Assembly (NCBI RefSeq): GCF_964355755.1
Contig: NC_092680.1
Location: 14,765,045 to 14,829,044 of the forward strand
Direction: 5' to 3'
Origin: Antedon mediterranea
Taxonomy: Eukaryota; Animalia; Echinodermata
DNA length: 64,000 bases
The position numbers and the translations under genes were made by a program. Positions 63,601-64,000 of this stretch are shown here, piece after piece (position 1 is the stretch's first letter; each line of letters opens with the position of its first letter). The notes beneath the pieces were generated by a model that did not search any database, was not told the DNA's origin, and was given only the letters and a program-made list of their open reading frames with translations.

Positions 63601-64000
63601 TAACTTTAAAATACTCATTTCCTCTTCCACCAGAAACAAGTTAAAATCAGTTATTTTCTTAATTTTCAATAAAAGCATCTCATTCTCAGTTGATGCAAAA
63701 TGATATTGTGGACAGTCAATTTTGGAACTGTTTGGCAGTTTTTTTACATAAAAGAAATTAAATAAAACGAGCAATTAAACATCCAAATATTAATTACATA
63801 TCCAAATAATTAACATTAAAACATGTTAGCATGTGCTTACTATTGAATTTAGTTACTGGATCGAAAGCTTGTTATTTAAAAAAACAGTATAGGGAAATAA
63901 TAGCATCTAGGCCTAGAGGCCTAGGCCTAATAAAAAAAAAACAGGTCATGAATTTCCTCAACTAAACAAGTTTAAAGATTGTATAGCGTTCCTTATTTTA

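Overview
AT-rich animal genomic DNA with spliceosomal GT-AG introns and a Nin/Deu-type SINE, so probably a marine invertebrate (an echinoderm is only my guess). I found no intact host gene. The window is an almost continuous mosaic of decayed, truncated and nested mobile elements: hAT, P/THAP9, Kolobok, Mutator-like, Merlin/ISXO2, KDZ-CxC3, Transib/RAG1-like, Harbinger, pogo-like and piggyBac-like MITEs, a large Helentron-type Helitron, gypsy LTR, DIRS-like, Penelope, CR1/L2 and other LINE pieces. It also holds intron-containing accessory-gene fragments (G2E3-like HECT, RPA-like OB fold, BEN, THAP, Myb/SANT) and an internally deleted RBM22 copy. The most striking global pattern is that about 20 unrelated element families all code on the + strand, while the one clearly recognisable host gene (RBM22) is on the - strand. 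That layout is expected of a uni-strand, flamenco-like piRNA cluster, which is an inference needing small-RNA data. Other highlights are a Helentron ORF with a membrane-anchor/PHD/herpes-type DUB/OTU N-terminus, an OB-fold gene family next to Mutator transposase tails, a 17+2+17 bp P-type excision footprint, and a four-level nested insertion whose removal restores the reading frame. All family assignments come from motif recognition by eye, with no database searches.
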